This document shows positions 19,438-29,039 of a stretch of DNA of 43,848 bases, one piece after another. Made by a program: the position numbers and the translations under genes. The notes below the pieces were generated by a model. The model did not search any database and had not been told where the DNA came from. It saw only the letters and a list, made by a program, of their open reading frames with translations. Within the stretch, counting starts at the first letter, position 1. The number at the start of each line of letters is the position of its first letter. The stretch lies in sequence record SRR16203515_660, one strand, 5' to 3'.

Positions 19438-20049
19438 TTACTCCGCGCTCATTCGGAAAGCTTCGGCTTCGATCTCCATGAACAATCGGCCCAATGTGCC
19501 GACGCTTGCATAGAAAACAGAGGCTTTGGCGCCTTCCAAATCCGTGAAAAAGTGTTTTGCCCATGGATTGATGTGGGTATTAAAGAATGCTTTTTGTGTG
19601 TTCAGATCCTTGGCATCGCCAAAGCGACCCACGATCATGGCACCCATCATTTCCATCAGGCTTGCGATATTGTCTTCTGGTTCATAAACGTTTTCAGCAC
19701 GCGACAACCCCAAATTGATCATGTCGCGGCGCAGTTTGGCCAAGGGCTTTTCATTTAAGAAGCCCGTTAAATAGTAACTGGCATAAGGCAATAATTCACC
19801 ACGGCCCAAGCCGATGAACAATTTGTTGAATTCCTTATCAACTGATTTTGGTTTCGACACTCTGGCAACCCGCGCCAACATGGTCACGGCTTTGCCAATT
19901 TCACTGTCGTCCCCAGTCAGACCCGCAACCTGCGACAGCAGCATGTCGTCGGCTGGACGTGCCAATAACAATCCCAAGAAATTGTATAAATCAGCGCGTT
20001 GCTTGTCTTCGGGTGCGATTGCGATTTCTTCCATGACACTCATTTTCAA
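19438..20049 (-). CDS. TorD/DmsD family molybdo/tungsto-enzyme chaperone
   Basis: LFIGLGRGELLPYASYY and EPEDNIASL motifs; start 20049 or 20043. Confidence 0.9.
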   Translation of the reverse strand: MKMSVMEEIAIAPEDKQRADLYNFLGLLLARPADDMLLSQVAGLTGDDSEIGKAVTMLARVARVSKPKSVDKEFNKLFIGLGRGELLPYASYYLTGFLNEKPLAKLRRDMINLGLSRAENVYEPEDNIASLMEMMGAMIVGRFGDAKDLNTQKAFFNTHINPWAKHFFTDLEGAKASVFYASVGTLGRLFMEIEAEAFRMSAE

Positions 20050-20684
20050 TTTCCGTGGGTTAAGGTTGGTTCAGGGGCCGCATCAGCAAACTGAAACGTC
20101 ATCTTGCGCAGTTTCGGTCCTGGTTCGTGATGCAGATCATCCGCGGGATATTCGGGCTGAGCATGGACATCGTCTGCGACAACGGCGGGTTCAATTTCTT
20201 CTTCGTTCAGTTCGATTTCGGGCGCTTCGCCCAAGGCTTCAATTGCCTCTTCCTCATCAACCTCTACCGCTTTACGCGCAGCCTCTTCTGCCTGTCGCGC
20301 CATTTCTTGGACATGGGCCAACATGCCTTTGCCGACTTGGTAAGTGGTTTCAACAACCCCTGCGCCCACGGCGGCATCGGTGAAGTCCTCGCCGTAATCC
20401 AACAAACCGTCCACATTTGCGAGGATTGGGTTTGAAGTCCAAAGCTTGCGCAACGCAACCTTTTTAATCCGATCTGGCACGGCATCTTTCAAAAACGCCG
20501 CGAAATCATCACCAGGTTTCAAAGTTGCCGGATCAGGAAGCCCCAGTTCTTCAAGAATTTCTTCGTCTGTTTTCGCTTCTAACTCTGCAGCGGTTTCGGA
20601 ACGCGCGCGAACTTGCACCTCTGCGGCGTCTTTTGCTTCTTCTGCTGCCACGGCAGCTTTACGGCGGCTCCAGAAATCGCTCAT
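20046..20684 (-). CDS. DUF3306 domain protein
   Basis: FWSRRK, ALRKLW and DGLLDYGEDFT pattern with an acidic tail; typical of FDH-linked clusters. Confidence 0.8.
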   Translation of the reverse strand: MSDFWSRRKAAVAAEEAKDAAEVQVRARSETAAELEAKTDEEILEELGLPDPATLKPGDDFAAFLKDAVPDRIKKVALRKLWTSNPILANVDGLLDYGEDFTDAAVGAGVVETTYQVGKGMLAHVQEMARQAEEAARKAVEVDEEEAIEALGEAPEIELNEEEIEPAVVADDVHAQPEYPADDLHHEPGPKLRKMTFQFADAAPEPTLTHGN

Positions 20685-21256
20685 GACAGGCGCTCTTTCT
20701 TGATCCGGGATGGGGCGCGGTAAACATCACCCGTCTGTGCAATCCGCACGTCACCAATCCCATCCTCGCTTAGGTCCACACGTTTCTTGTCCCGCTTGCG
20801 TTTGATAAAGGTTTCCTCAACGTGGTGTGCTTTCACGAAATCGCGCACCCACGCGACCACGCCCTCTGGCATCTTCACCTTTTCGACGATCTCTTCGCCA
20901 CTGTCTGCGTAATCCTGCGCCTCGTAGGCGGATGCAGTGGCAAGGATCACGTCAAACGGGGGTGTATTGTCAGGGTTATCGCGCATCACCACGTAGATCG
21001 ATGGGACCTGCGCCGAGATCGCGACCATGTAACTTTCGGTATCAGCGCCATGGAGTTCAAGCGGAACTGTCGCAGCGTGGTACTCGATCACTTCTCCATC
21101 TCGACGCAGGATCTGCGCCTTCGCTTCGCTCGCAGCAACAAGGATGCCGCTGACACGCCAAGACCACTTCGCCCAGCGCGTGGCACCGGGTGTCCGACGA
21201 ATGACAACGCCAAGTGGCATCGAAACATAACGCTTAGGGTTGTAATACAACTCCAC
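20681..21256 (-). CDS. DUF3305 domain protein
   Basis: LGVVIRR, RWAKWSW, TASAYEAQDY and FIKRKRD; partner of DUF3306; AAAGGAG RBS with GTG start. Confidence 0.8.
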   Translation of the reverse strand: MELYYNPKRYVSMPLGVVIRRTPGATRWAKWSWRVSGILVAASEAKAQILRRDGEVIEYHAATVPLELHGADTESYMVAISAQVPSIYVVMRDNPDNTPPFDVILATASAYEAQDYADSGEEIVEKVKMPEGVVAWVRDFVKAHHVEETFIKRKRDKKRVDLSEDGIGDVRIAQTGDVYRAPSRIKKERLS

Positions 21257-21338
21257 CTCTCCTTTGCACCGATGTCAGCATACCACTGCGCACCAACCAA
21301 AGAGGTTTTCACCACACTCCTCAATTTTTTTTCTAAAT

Positions 21339-21394
21339 TGGACAATTTGAATGACTAAAAGCATCCACTGAACTCAATGTGGTCAAAATGTCTA
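21339..21394. promoter_or_regulatory. Two candidate binding sites for the NtrC-type regulator in the divergent FDH promoter
   Basis: TGGACAATTTGA (21339) and TGGTCAAAATGTCTA (21380): related TGGwCAAwwTG elements 41 bp apart. Confidence 0.35.
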
Positions 21395-21592
21395 TTCTGA
21401 GTAATTTTGTCGTTTGTCATCAATCGCCGATGCTTTCGGAATCAAATCAAAGGGCTCTTGTCATTTCTCAAAATCATCTCAATTCTATCCCAACAAAAAG
21501 CGCCGCTGGACACGATGAATTCGTCGAAAAATCAGCGCGAAAATAACGCGTAAAGTCGGACAGTAATCCGACCTTTAGCACCGGGAGATGAA

Positions 21593-23548
21593 ATGGATAA
21601 GTCACTGATATTATGCGATTGTTCTGGAACCAATCACTTGAACTCAAAAGACCTATCCGAAGTCACTGGACTGGCATGTTCGCAGGTACACACGGCGATG
21701 TGCACAAGTCAGATTGACTCGGCCGCAAAAGCCGTCACCGACGGCAAAGCAATCCTGTGTTGCACGCAAGAGTGGCGCACGTTTCAAGCGCTTGCCGACG
21801 AATTAGAGGTCCCCATGCCTCCCCTCTTGGATCTGCGCGATCGAGCGGGATGGTCGGCGGACAAGGCCTCAAAACTTCCCAAAATGTCCGCATTAGTGGC
21901 CGAGGCGCTTGTTCCGCGCCCTGCGCAAAAAACAATGGATGTAGCGTCAGAGGGGGTCTGTTTGATCCTGTCCAACGACGCAGCAGAAACGGGTGTCGCG
22001 GAACAATTGTCTGAATACCTTTCTGTCACATTGTTAGTACCAAACCCAACCGGCGACATGCCATCGCGGAACTATGACATAATAACTGGCAACTTACGTC
22101 GTGCGACAGGGACGCTTGGAAATTTCGAAGTGACAATCGATGCATTGCAACAGTTGGATCCAACGGGGCATGGCACACATGAATGGAGTGTATCGCGCCA
22201 AGGTGGACAATCGCACTGTGACATCATTTTGGATTTGCGGGGCGGGACGCCGCTGTTCCCTGCACATGAAAAACGGGATGGGTACCTGTGGGTCGATGCA
22301 TCCCACGCACCCTCTGTCGCCAAGGCAATACTGAAGGCGTCGCACATGGTGGGTACATTTGAAAAAACGTTGTTCGTGAAGACAGAACCCAGCCTGTGTG
22401 CCCATTCACGCGCACAGAAATCTGCCTGTTCAAATTGTTTGGATATTTGCCCCACGGGGGCCATCACCTCGGCCGGTGATTTTGTTGAAATTGATCCTGC
22501 CATTTGTGCGGGATGCGGGGCCTGCGCCGCATTGTGTCCCTCTGGGTCAATCACCTACGAAGCCGATCCGTCAAGCACAACATTGCGCCGCATTCAAGCA
22601 CTGATGGACGGGTACAATAAAGTTGCGGGCGATCATCCTCAACCCCGCCTGCTAGTTCATGACTCCCATGGGCGCGACATGATTGCAATGGCAGCACGAT
22701 TTGGTGATGGTTTGGTCGCAAACATGTTACCGATCGAGATTGAAGCAATTAGTTCTTTTGGACATGCCGAGGCCTTGGGCGCGCTCGCGTCAGGATTTGG
22801 GGATGTTCATATTCTGCTAAGCCCCACAGCAGATCAGGTGGCCATTGGTCGTGAAGTTGCCTTGGCAACAGCTATTGCTGGCGAACACATCCATATCATC
22901 GACACACCAGACCCCGATCAGATGATCGCAGCTTTGTCAGAAAGCAAGCTCAATATGATCGTTGAAACACCTATTCTGGCCATGGGATCGCGCCGACAGG
23001 TGACACGTTCTGCTGCGCGCGCATTACATGGCGACGACAAAATTTTGTCGTTGCCTGAGGATGCCCCCTATGGCGCGGTTTTGGTGGATACAGATAGCTG
23101 TTCCATGTGCCTGTCTTGTGTATCCCTATGCCCCTCTGGCGCACTGGGTGAAAACCCTGATAAACCACAGCTTTTGTTTCAAGAGGATGCATGTTTGCAA
23201 TGTGGCTTGTGTTCAAACATCTGTCCTGAAAACGCGATCACCTATGAACCGCGCCTTAACCTTGGGACACAAGCGCTGGAACAAACTGTTTTGAATGAGG
23301 AAGAACCCTTTGCCTGCATCGAATGTGGGGCGCTGTTCGGGGTAAAATCCTCAATCGAGCGGATCACCGAAAAGCTTTCATCGGGTGTTGGGGCATTTGC
23401 CAATCCAGATGCGTTGAAACTGGTTCAAATGTGTGGGGATTGCCGCGTGAATGCACAATTCCACAGCACGGATAATCCTTTTGCCGCTAAGGAGCGCCCA
23501 CGCGTGCGCACCACGGCAGATTATTATTCAGATCGCGATGATCACTGA
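21593..23548 (+). CDS. Multi-[4Fe-4S] polyferredoxin-like protein of FDH clusters
   Basis: CSNCLDICP, CAGCGACAALCP, CSMCLSCVSLCP, CLQCGLCSNICP, CIECG and CGDC motifs; N-terminal LCDC. Confidence 0.92.
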   Translation: MDKSLILCDCSGTNHLNSKDLSEVTGLACSQVHTAMCTSQIDSAAKAVTDGKAILCCTQEWRTFQALADELEVPMPPLLDLRDRAGWSADKASKLPKMSALVAEALVPRPAQKTMDVASEGVCLILSNDAAETGVAEQLSEYLSVTLLVPNPTGDMPSRNYDIITGNLRRATGTLGNFEVTIDALQQLDPTGHGTHEWSVSRQGGQSHCDIILDLRGGTPLFPAHEKRDGYLWVDASHAPSVAKAILKASHMVGTFEKTLFVKTEPSLCAHSRAQKSACSNCLDICPTGAITSAGDFVEIDPAICAGCGACAALCPSGSITYEADPSSTTLRRIQALMDGYNKVAGDHPQPRLLVHDSHGRDMIAMAARFGDGLVANMLPIEIEAISSFGHAEALGALASGFGDVHILLSPTADQVAIGREVALATAIAGEHIHIIDTPDPDQMIAALSESKLNMIVETPILAMGSRRQVTRSAARALHGDDKILSLPEDAPYGAVLVDTDSCSMCLSCVSLCPSGALGENPDKPQLLFQEDACLQCGLCSNICPENAITYEPRLNLGTQALEQTVLNEEEPFACIECGALFGVKSSIERITEKLSSGVGAFANPDALKLVQMCGDCRVNAQFHSTDNPFAAKERPRVRTTADYYSDRDDH

Positions 23549-24300
23549 TGTTTAATCGGTGCCCCCAAATCAGCGGGTTGAAGCCCCTGCATATAGGCCA
23601 ACAGCGCGTCGATCTGATCCAACGTGACTTTGATCGGAACGATGGGCGGTGGGCGATTTGGGTCAAATGGATCAGTCACATCCTGAACCACGGTAAAGGC
23701 GGGATGTGGATTCAACAAATAAAACCCCGACATACGTTGTGGCCAGTCGGCCAATGTGCGCAAGGCGAAAAACGATGGTGTCGACCCAATCGCGCCCATG
23801 CGATTGTCATCCACAACGTGACAGCGCGAACATTGTGCCTGCGCAACCTGCAATCCCAGCGTAGCATCGCCCTCAAAGTTGACCACCTGTTCAATCGTAT
23901 TTTGAACCTCTGGAATAACAAACCGGTCGCCCGTTTCTGGTGCAAAGGCCAAAATGGTATTTTGCGCAACCTCGCCCTGCAGCCAGTCAACAAAGCGTTC
24001 GGCCCCACGATGTTCATCGTCAATCAATTGCACCGCCCAAATGACATCCCCGCGTTGCGCAATGGGGCGTCCCCTGGCAACCGCAATCGAAACCTGCGCA
24101 TCCGATTGTTTCTCAAGGATCAAACGCACTTGTGTTTTCAACGTGAATCGGGGCGCAAGGTATTTGAACAACCCACTTTCGATAAATTCAGGGTCGGCAA
24201 ATACACGCACCTGTTTCGGATTATCATTGGTTTGCGCAGCGCCCATGGCGGGCAACGTCACAGCAATAGTCGTCAAAATCAAACATATGGTTCGGATCAT
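23542..24300 (-). CDS. Periplasmic monoheme cytochrome c fused to a truncated TupA/ModA-like domain
   Basis: Signal peptide MIRTICLILTTIAVTLPAMGAAQ; CSRCH heme motif; two segments align without gaps to the TupA in this window; AAAGGAG RBS before ATG 24300. Confidence 0.8.
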   Translation of the reverse strand: MIRTICLILTTIAVTLPAMGAAQTNDNPKQVRVFADPEFIESGLFKYLAPRFTLKTQVRLILEKQSDAQVSIAVARGRPIAQRGDVIWAVQLIDDEHRGAERFVDWLQGEVAQNTILAFAPETGDRFVIPEVQNTIEQVVNFEGDATLGLQVAQAQCSRCHVVDDNRMGAIGSTPSFFALRTLADWPQRMSGFYLLNPHPAFTVVQDVTDPFDPNRPPPIVPIKVTLDQIDALLAYMQGLQPADLGAPIKHQ

Positions 24301-24345
24301 TGGATACACTCCTTTGATTTGCGCACTACTTAAAAGGATGAACAA

Positions 24346-24534
24346 ATGAACGAAAATTTCAACATGTCGATGCGAAAATTTCTGAAACAGGTTGGTGTTA
24401 CGTCGCAACAGGCCATCGAAGAGGCCTTGCGCGACGTAGAAAATGGCGAATATGAAATTCAGGCCGAAATTAGCATTGCGTCTCTTGGAATGGTTCATAA
24501 AGTGAGCGGCACAATCAAGCGTGGGGAAGATTAA
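24346..24534 (+). CDS. DUF6494-like small protein
   Basis: FNMSMRKFLKQVGVTSQQAIE pattern; first gene of the mrp-tup operon. Confidence 0.75.
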   Translation: MNENFNMSMRKFLKQVGVTSQQAIEEALRDVENGEYEIQAEISIASLGMVHKVSGTIKRGED

Positions 24535-24535
24535 A

Positions 24536-25597
24536 TTGAGCCTAACAAGAGAGCAGGTTTTAGAGGCCTTAAAAAATATCGCACCAGAAGGTGGCACAGA
24601 CATTGTCACATCTGGCGCCATGCGCGCACTGAACGTTGATGGTGCAAATGTCCGCTTTGTGATGGAAATCGATCCAGCTCAGGCCGAGGCCTATATGCCC
24701 GTCAAAACCAAGGCCGAAGAAATGCTAAAGTCCATGGGGGCTACAGATATTTCTGTAGTGATGACCGCGCACAAGGCCGCCAGTGCGCCACCTGATCTAA
24801 AGACGCAGAAAAAGGCCGAACCAAAGGGCCCAGAAAAGGTTCCAGGCGTTGATCGCATTTTGGCCGTTGCATCGGGCAAAGGTGGCGTAGGAAAATCAAC
24901 TGTCAGCGCCAATTTGGCCTGCGCCTTAGCCGCAGAAGGACGGCGTGTTGGCCTGTTAGATGCAGATGTTTATGGCCCATCGCAACCCCGCATGTTGGGT
25001 GTGTCGGGCCGTCCGTCAAGTCCTGATGGCAAAACCATCCTGCCGATGCGCAATCACGGTGTCACGATGATGTCCATCGGCCTGATGACAAACGAAGGTC
25101 AGGCCGTTGTGTGGCGTGGCCCTATGCTGATGGGCGCATTGCAGCAGATGATGTTTCAGGTGCAATGGGGCGCGTTGGATGTGTTGATCGTCGATTTGCC
25201 CCCTGGCACTGGGGACGTGCAAATGACCTTGGCACAAAAGGCCGATGTCGATGGCGCAATTGTTGTCTCAACCCCGCAAGACATCGCATTGATCGACGCG
25301 CGCAAGGGGATTGATATGTTTCAGCAACTGAAGGTTCCTGTGCATGGTATGATCGAAAACATGTCGTCCCATATCTGTTCAAATTGTGGACATGAAGAAC
25401 ATGTATTTGGTCATGGCGGCGTTCAGGCAGAGGCCGAAAAATTGGGCGTGGATCTGCTCGCTGAAGTGCCGCTGGATCTGAACATCCGCCTGGCCGCAGA
25501 TAGCGGTGCGCCGATTGTGGTGTCAAACCCATCCCATCCCCAATCCCAAGTGTTCCGCGGCATCGCGCGTAAACTGATTGAACGGGGACAAGCCTGA
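24536..25597 (+). CDS. mrp: Mrp/ApbC/NBP35 Fe-S cluster carrier ATPase
   Basis: SGKGGVGKST, DADVYGPS, WRGPM, DLPPGTGD and ENMS...CSNCG; start 24536 (TTG) or 24521. Confidence 0.95.
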   Translation: MSLTREQVLEALKNIAPEGGTDIVTSGAMRALNVDGANVRFVMEIDPAQAEAYMPVKTKAEEMLKSMGATDISVVMTAHKAASAPPDLKTQKKAEPKGPEKVPGVDRILAVASGKGGVGKSTVSANLACALAAEGRRVGLLDADVYGPSQPRMLGVSGRPSSPDGKTILPMRNHGVTMMSIGLMTNEGQAVVWRGPMLMGALQQMMFQVQWGALDVLIVDLPPGTGDVQMTLAQKADVDGAIVVSTPQDIALIDARKGIDMFQQLKVPVHGMIENMSSHICSNCGHEEHVFGHGGVQAEAEKLGVDLLAEVPLDLNIRLAADSGAPIVVSNPSHPQSQVFRGIARKLIERGQA

Positions 25598-26301
25598 TGC
25601 AAGACCTGATCTTTCCCCCATTGATGACAGGCATGGCTATCGAAGGACGCGACAGCGATCCCTTTGATACGGCCATTGCGCAGGCCACTTTGGGGGTGGA
25701 TGCAGGCTTAATCGTGTATAATTTAGAGGCCGATCGCGCACGCGCAACATTGGTATTGGCGCCCGATGTGGCGCTGACACAGGCGATGGCCATGTTGCCC
25801 GTGGCAGGCATTGGGTTTCAAAATGCGCTTGGCGCACTTGCCCCGCCCGAGGTCGCCGTACATCTGGAATGGAACGGCGGCATCCGTATAAACGGCGCAA
25901 AATGCGGTGGGTTCCAAATCGCGGCCAGTACGACCGATGCAGATCAGCAACCCGATTGGCTGTGCATTGGACTGGATCTTCCATTGTGGCCCGCACATCA
26001 AGACATGGGGCAAACACCAGATGAAACCGCGCTTTACGCCGAAGGGTGCGCAGAGGTTGATGCCGCAAACCTGATCGAAGCATGGGCACGCCACACCCTA
26101 AATTGGATCACACGCTGGGACGGCGAAGGGGTGAAACCCGTGCACGATGAATGGCGCGGGTTGGTGCATGGCATGGGCGAGGACATCGATATCGATGGAA
26201 AAACGGGCGCATTTCTTGGGTTTGACGAAAACTTTGGCCTGCTGCTGCGCGTAGGTGCTGAGACGGTAGTGTTCCCCCTAACACAGCTACTAAAGGACTA
26301 A
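25597..26301 (+). CDS. Biotin/lipoate protein ligase-like protein (degenerate BPL fold, DUF4444-like C-terminus)
   Basis: EWNGGIRINGAKCGG corresponds to the BirA KWPND...GKKxxG region; C-terminal GAFLGFDENFGLLLR is SH3-like. Confidence 0.75.
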   Translation: MQDLIFPPLMTGMAIEGRDSDPFDTAIAQATLGVDAGLIVYNLEADRARATLVLAPDVALTQAMAMLPVAGIGFQNALGALAPPEVAVHLEWNGGIRINGAKCGGFQIAASTTDADQQPDWLCIGLDLPLWPAHQDMGQTPDETALYAEGCAEVDAANLIEAWARHTLNWITRWDGEGVKPVHDEWRGLVHGMGEDIDIDGKTGAFLGFDENFGLLLRVGAETVVFPLTQLLKD

Positions 26302-26305
26302 GATC

Positions 26306-26785
26306 ATGAAATTGGCCCGAGCGATCCATTTTGATGAAAGCGACACCCGCGTTTATGCAAATTCTGCGCGCACGGGCGAATGGTGTATTGCGGGCGGTTT
26401 TGAATTTTCAAACTGGGGTGAAGGGGATCTGACCGGAAAAGCGCGCCAAGCGTTTTCCAACGGTTGGTTGGGATTGGAAACCTTTGGACGCGTGACATTT
26501 GTGGCGGTGACCCAGATCGAAGAAAGTGAAATTAATCACCTAACTGACATCTTGTCCGAGCATTTCGTAACTTATTACGGCGCCCCGAATGTCGAGGCCG
26601 CCCGCCCCGTTGCATCCGAAGAAATTCGTCAGATGCAACAATTATGTGATGATCACGATCCCAACACCTTGCTCACCGTTGTGCGTGAATTATCCGAAGG
26701 CGGTGTGCACGAAGCCTACCGCGTGATTGACACACCCGAGGCAGATTTGGGTCAGTTCGCCATTCACGGATCGCTTGATGAATGA
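26306..26785 (+). CDS. DUF6505-like conserved hypothetical protein
   Basis: RAIHFDESDTRVY, GEWCIAGGFEF and RQAFSNGWLG pattern; in operon. Confidence 0.7.
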   Translation: MKLARAIHFDESDTRVYANSARTGEWCIAGGFEFSNWGEGDLTGKARQAFSNGWLGLETFGRVTFVAVTQIEESEINHLTDILSEHFVTYYGAPNVEAARPVASEEIRQMQQLCDDHDPNTLLTVVRELSEGGVHEAYRVIDTPEADLGQFAIHGSLDE

Positions 26786-27482
26786 CCTATGGAATGGCAT
26801 CCAGCAGGCCATTTGGCTGACGCTTACGTTGGATGCAGATTTGGTGGAAATTTCGCTTCGCTCTTTGCGTGTCATCCTTAGTGCGTTGTTTGTTTCCTGC
26901 CTGATCGCCTTGCCTTTGGCGGCCATTTTGGCGGTGCGTCGGTTTAAATATCGCCGATTGATCATTTCAACACTGAACGCCTTGATGGGATTGCCCCCTG
27001 TCGTTGTGGGGCTGATCGTTTATATTTTACTGTCCCGCTCTGGCCCCTTTGGTGTTTTAGGATTGCTCTTTACCACCCACGCGATGGTGATTGCCCAGGT
27101 GATCATTATCACGCCCCTAATCACATCAATTGCGCATCAATCTTTGCGAGAGTTGTGGTCAGAATATCATGATCTGCTGATTTCTATGAACACCTCGAAA
27201 TGGCAGCGTATAAAAACATTGTTGTGGGATGGACGGCGCGCGTTGATGACAGCCTCGCTTGCGGGATTTGGACGCGCAATTGGCGAAGTTGGTGCCATCA
27301 TGATTGTTGGGGGCAATATTGATCATGCAACCCGCGTCTTGACCACCGCGATTTCGCTGGAGACATCCAAGGGGGATTTTGCATTGGCGCTGGCCTTGGG
27401 GTTTGTGCTGATCACCTTGGCGTTGGCCGTGAATTTCACAACTCACTGGCTTGGGCGAACCGAACGAGAGGGGCGTTGGTGA
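26778..27482 (+). CDS. tupB: Tungstate ABC transporter permease
   Basis: LMGLPPVVVGL, GFGRAIGEVGAIMIVGGNI and TRVLTTAI motifs. Confidence 0.92.
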   Translation: MNDLWNGIQQAIWLTLTLDADLVEISLRSLRVILSALFVSCLIALPLAAILAVRRFKYRRLIISTLNALMGLPPVVVGLIVYILLSRSGPFGVLGLLFTTHAMVIAQVIIITPLITSIAHQSLRELWSEYHDLLISMNTSKWQRIKTLLWDGRRALMTASLAGFGRAIGEVGAIMIVGGNIDHATRVLTTAISLETSKGDFALALALGFVLITLALAVNFTTHWLGRTEREGRW

Positions 27483-28186
27483 TGTTTCCCATGAATGCAT
27501 GCAACCTGTCCGTAAAAGTTCGTCAAAAACATATTATTGGTCCGATCAACCTTACGATCAGCGAAGGTGGGATAACCGTTTTAATGGGACCAAATGGGGC
27601 TGGCAAAACAACCCTGCTAAAGGCGCTGCATGGCATCATTCGATTGGCCAATGGACAGGTGACATTTGCGACACCAGCAAAAACAGCACAAGAACAGCAG
27701 AGCTTTGTTTTTCAATCGCCCATCATGTTGCGGCGCAGTGTTTTGGAAAATCTGGCCTATCCGCTGGTGATTAACAGGCAGGATAAACAGAGCGCAATGG
27801 AGCGTGCGCAAACGTGGGCAACAAAGATCGGACTTAGCGCCCACATGGACCGCCCTGCCCCGTTTTTATCAGGCGGTGAAAAACAGAAAATCGCCCTTGC
27901 GCGTGCATTGATCACATCCCCTAAACTGCTGTTCTTGGATGAACCCACAGCCTCCCTAGACGGGGCCGCGACCGTCGAGATTGAAGCCCTTCTAAGCGAG
28001 GCGCAATCCACAGGCACCACAATCATTATGTCAACGCATAACATCGGTCAGGCCCGCCGCATGGCGAGCCGTGTTCTGTTTATGAAAGACGGTCAAATCG
28101 ACGCCCATAGCGCGGCCAATGCATTCTTTGACACCCCCCCCACGGACGCCGCCCAAAAATTTATCGCAGGAGATATCGTATTATGA
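27482..28186 (+). CDS. tupC: Tungstate ABC transporter ATPase
   Basis: GPNGAGKT, LSGGEKQ and LDEPTASLD; lies between tupB and tupA (start 27476-27482). Confidence 0.9.
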   Translation: MFPMNACNLSVKVRQKHIIGPINLTISEGGITVLMGPNGAGKTTLLKALHGIIRLANGQVTFATPAKTAQEQQSFVFQSPIMLRRSVLENLAYPLVINRQDKQSAMERAQTWATKIGLSAHMDRPAPFLSGGEKQKIALARALITSPKLLFLDEPTASLDGAATVEIEALLSEAQSTGTTIIMSTHNIGQARRMASRVLFMKDGQIDAHSAANAFFDTPPTDAAQKFIAGDIVL

Positions 28187-28980
28187 TCCGTATCCTACTT
28201 ATGCTGATCACAGTTACATTTGCCACATATTCCAACGCCGATATGATGCGGATGGCCGTAACAACATCGTTTAATAATTCGGGACTTAGCGAAAAATTAT
28301 TGCCCGCAATACAAGCGGATCTGGGGCTTGAAGTGCAACTTCTGATCGTGGGAACAGGTCAGGCTATCCGATTAGGCGAGGCAGGCGATGTTGATGCGAT
28401 TTTGGTACACTCCCAAAAAGCGGAAGAGGCCTTTGTCGCCGCAGGATATGGCACGCATCGTCGTGAAATTATGTATAATGATTTTGTCATAATTGGCCCC
28501 ACAGATGATCCCGCGAAAATACGTGATGCAAAATCTGCCGCCGAAGCCCTTCGCGCAATTGTAACCTCTCAATCCCTGTTTGTAAGTCGCGGTGATGACA
28601 GTGGAACCCACAAAAAGGAACTCTCACTTTGGTCCTCTACAGGGATCAAGGATGAGGATTTGGGTCCATGGTATCGCGCGGTGGGCGCTGGCATGGGCGC
28701 ATCCCTGAATACGGCAGCGGGCATGGGCGCCTATATCCTATCTGATCGCGCTAGCTGGTTGAATTTCAAAAACAAAACTGGACTGGGTATCCAGTTTTCT
28801 GGCGATCCTGTCCTGTTCAATCAATACGCCTATTTATCTGTTAATCCTCAACGCCACGCCCACGTAAAACATGACCTAGCGGTCAAATTGGAAACATGGC
28901 TGACATCACTGCGCGCGGCAGAGATCATCAACACCTATACCATCGACGACCAAACGCTGTTCACATTCAACGCCGAGTGA
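28183..28980 (+). CDS. tupA: Tungstate-binding periplasmic protein
   Basis: VTTS (variant of the TTTS motif), VGTGQA, MYNDFV, SRGDDSGTH and SDRASW motifs. Confidence 0.92.
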   Translation: MIRILLMLITVTFATYSNADMMRMAVTTSFNNSGLSEKLLPAIQADLGLEVQLLIVGTGQAIRLGEAGDVDAILVHSQKAEEAFVAAGYGTHRREIMYNDFVIIGPTDDPAKIRDAKSAAEALRAIVTSQSLFVSRGDDSGTHKKELSLWSSTGIKDEDLGPWYRAVGAGMGASLNTAAGMGAYILSDRASWLNFKNKTGLGIQFSGDPVLFNQYAYLSVNPQRHAHVKHDLAVKLETWLTSLRAAEIINTYTIDDQTLFTFNAE

Positions 28981-28983
28981 GGC

Positions 28984-29010
28984 AAAAAAACGGAGCGATG
29001 TCGCTCCGTT
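28984..29010. terminator. Rho-independent terminator between convergent tupA and LuxR genes
   Basis: A7 run followed by CGGAGCG-ATGT-CGCTCCG-TT; the U-tract is on the minus strand. Confidence 0.75.
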
Positions 29011-29039
29011 CTAAGGTCATTTTTAGGTCCCGTGACATA

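Noticed and set aside
21257-21340. Sigma-54 (-24/-12) promoter for the FDH operon
   Set aside because: No correctly spaced GG-N10-GC was found upstream of DUF3305.
21495-21590. Moco/Wco riboswitch upstream of the polyferredoxin
   Set aside because: Hairpins exist (e.g. AAAGTCGGA...TCCGACCTTT) but I cannot match the Moco consensus elements; a covariance-model search is needed.
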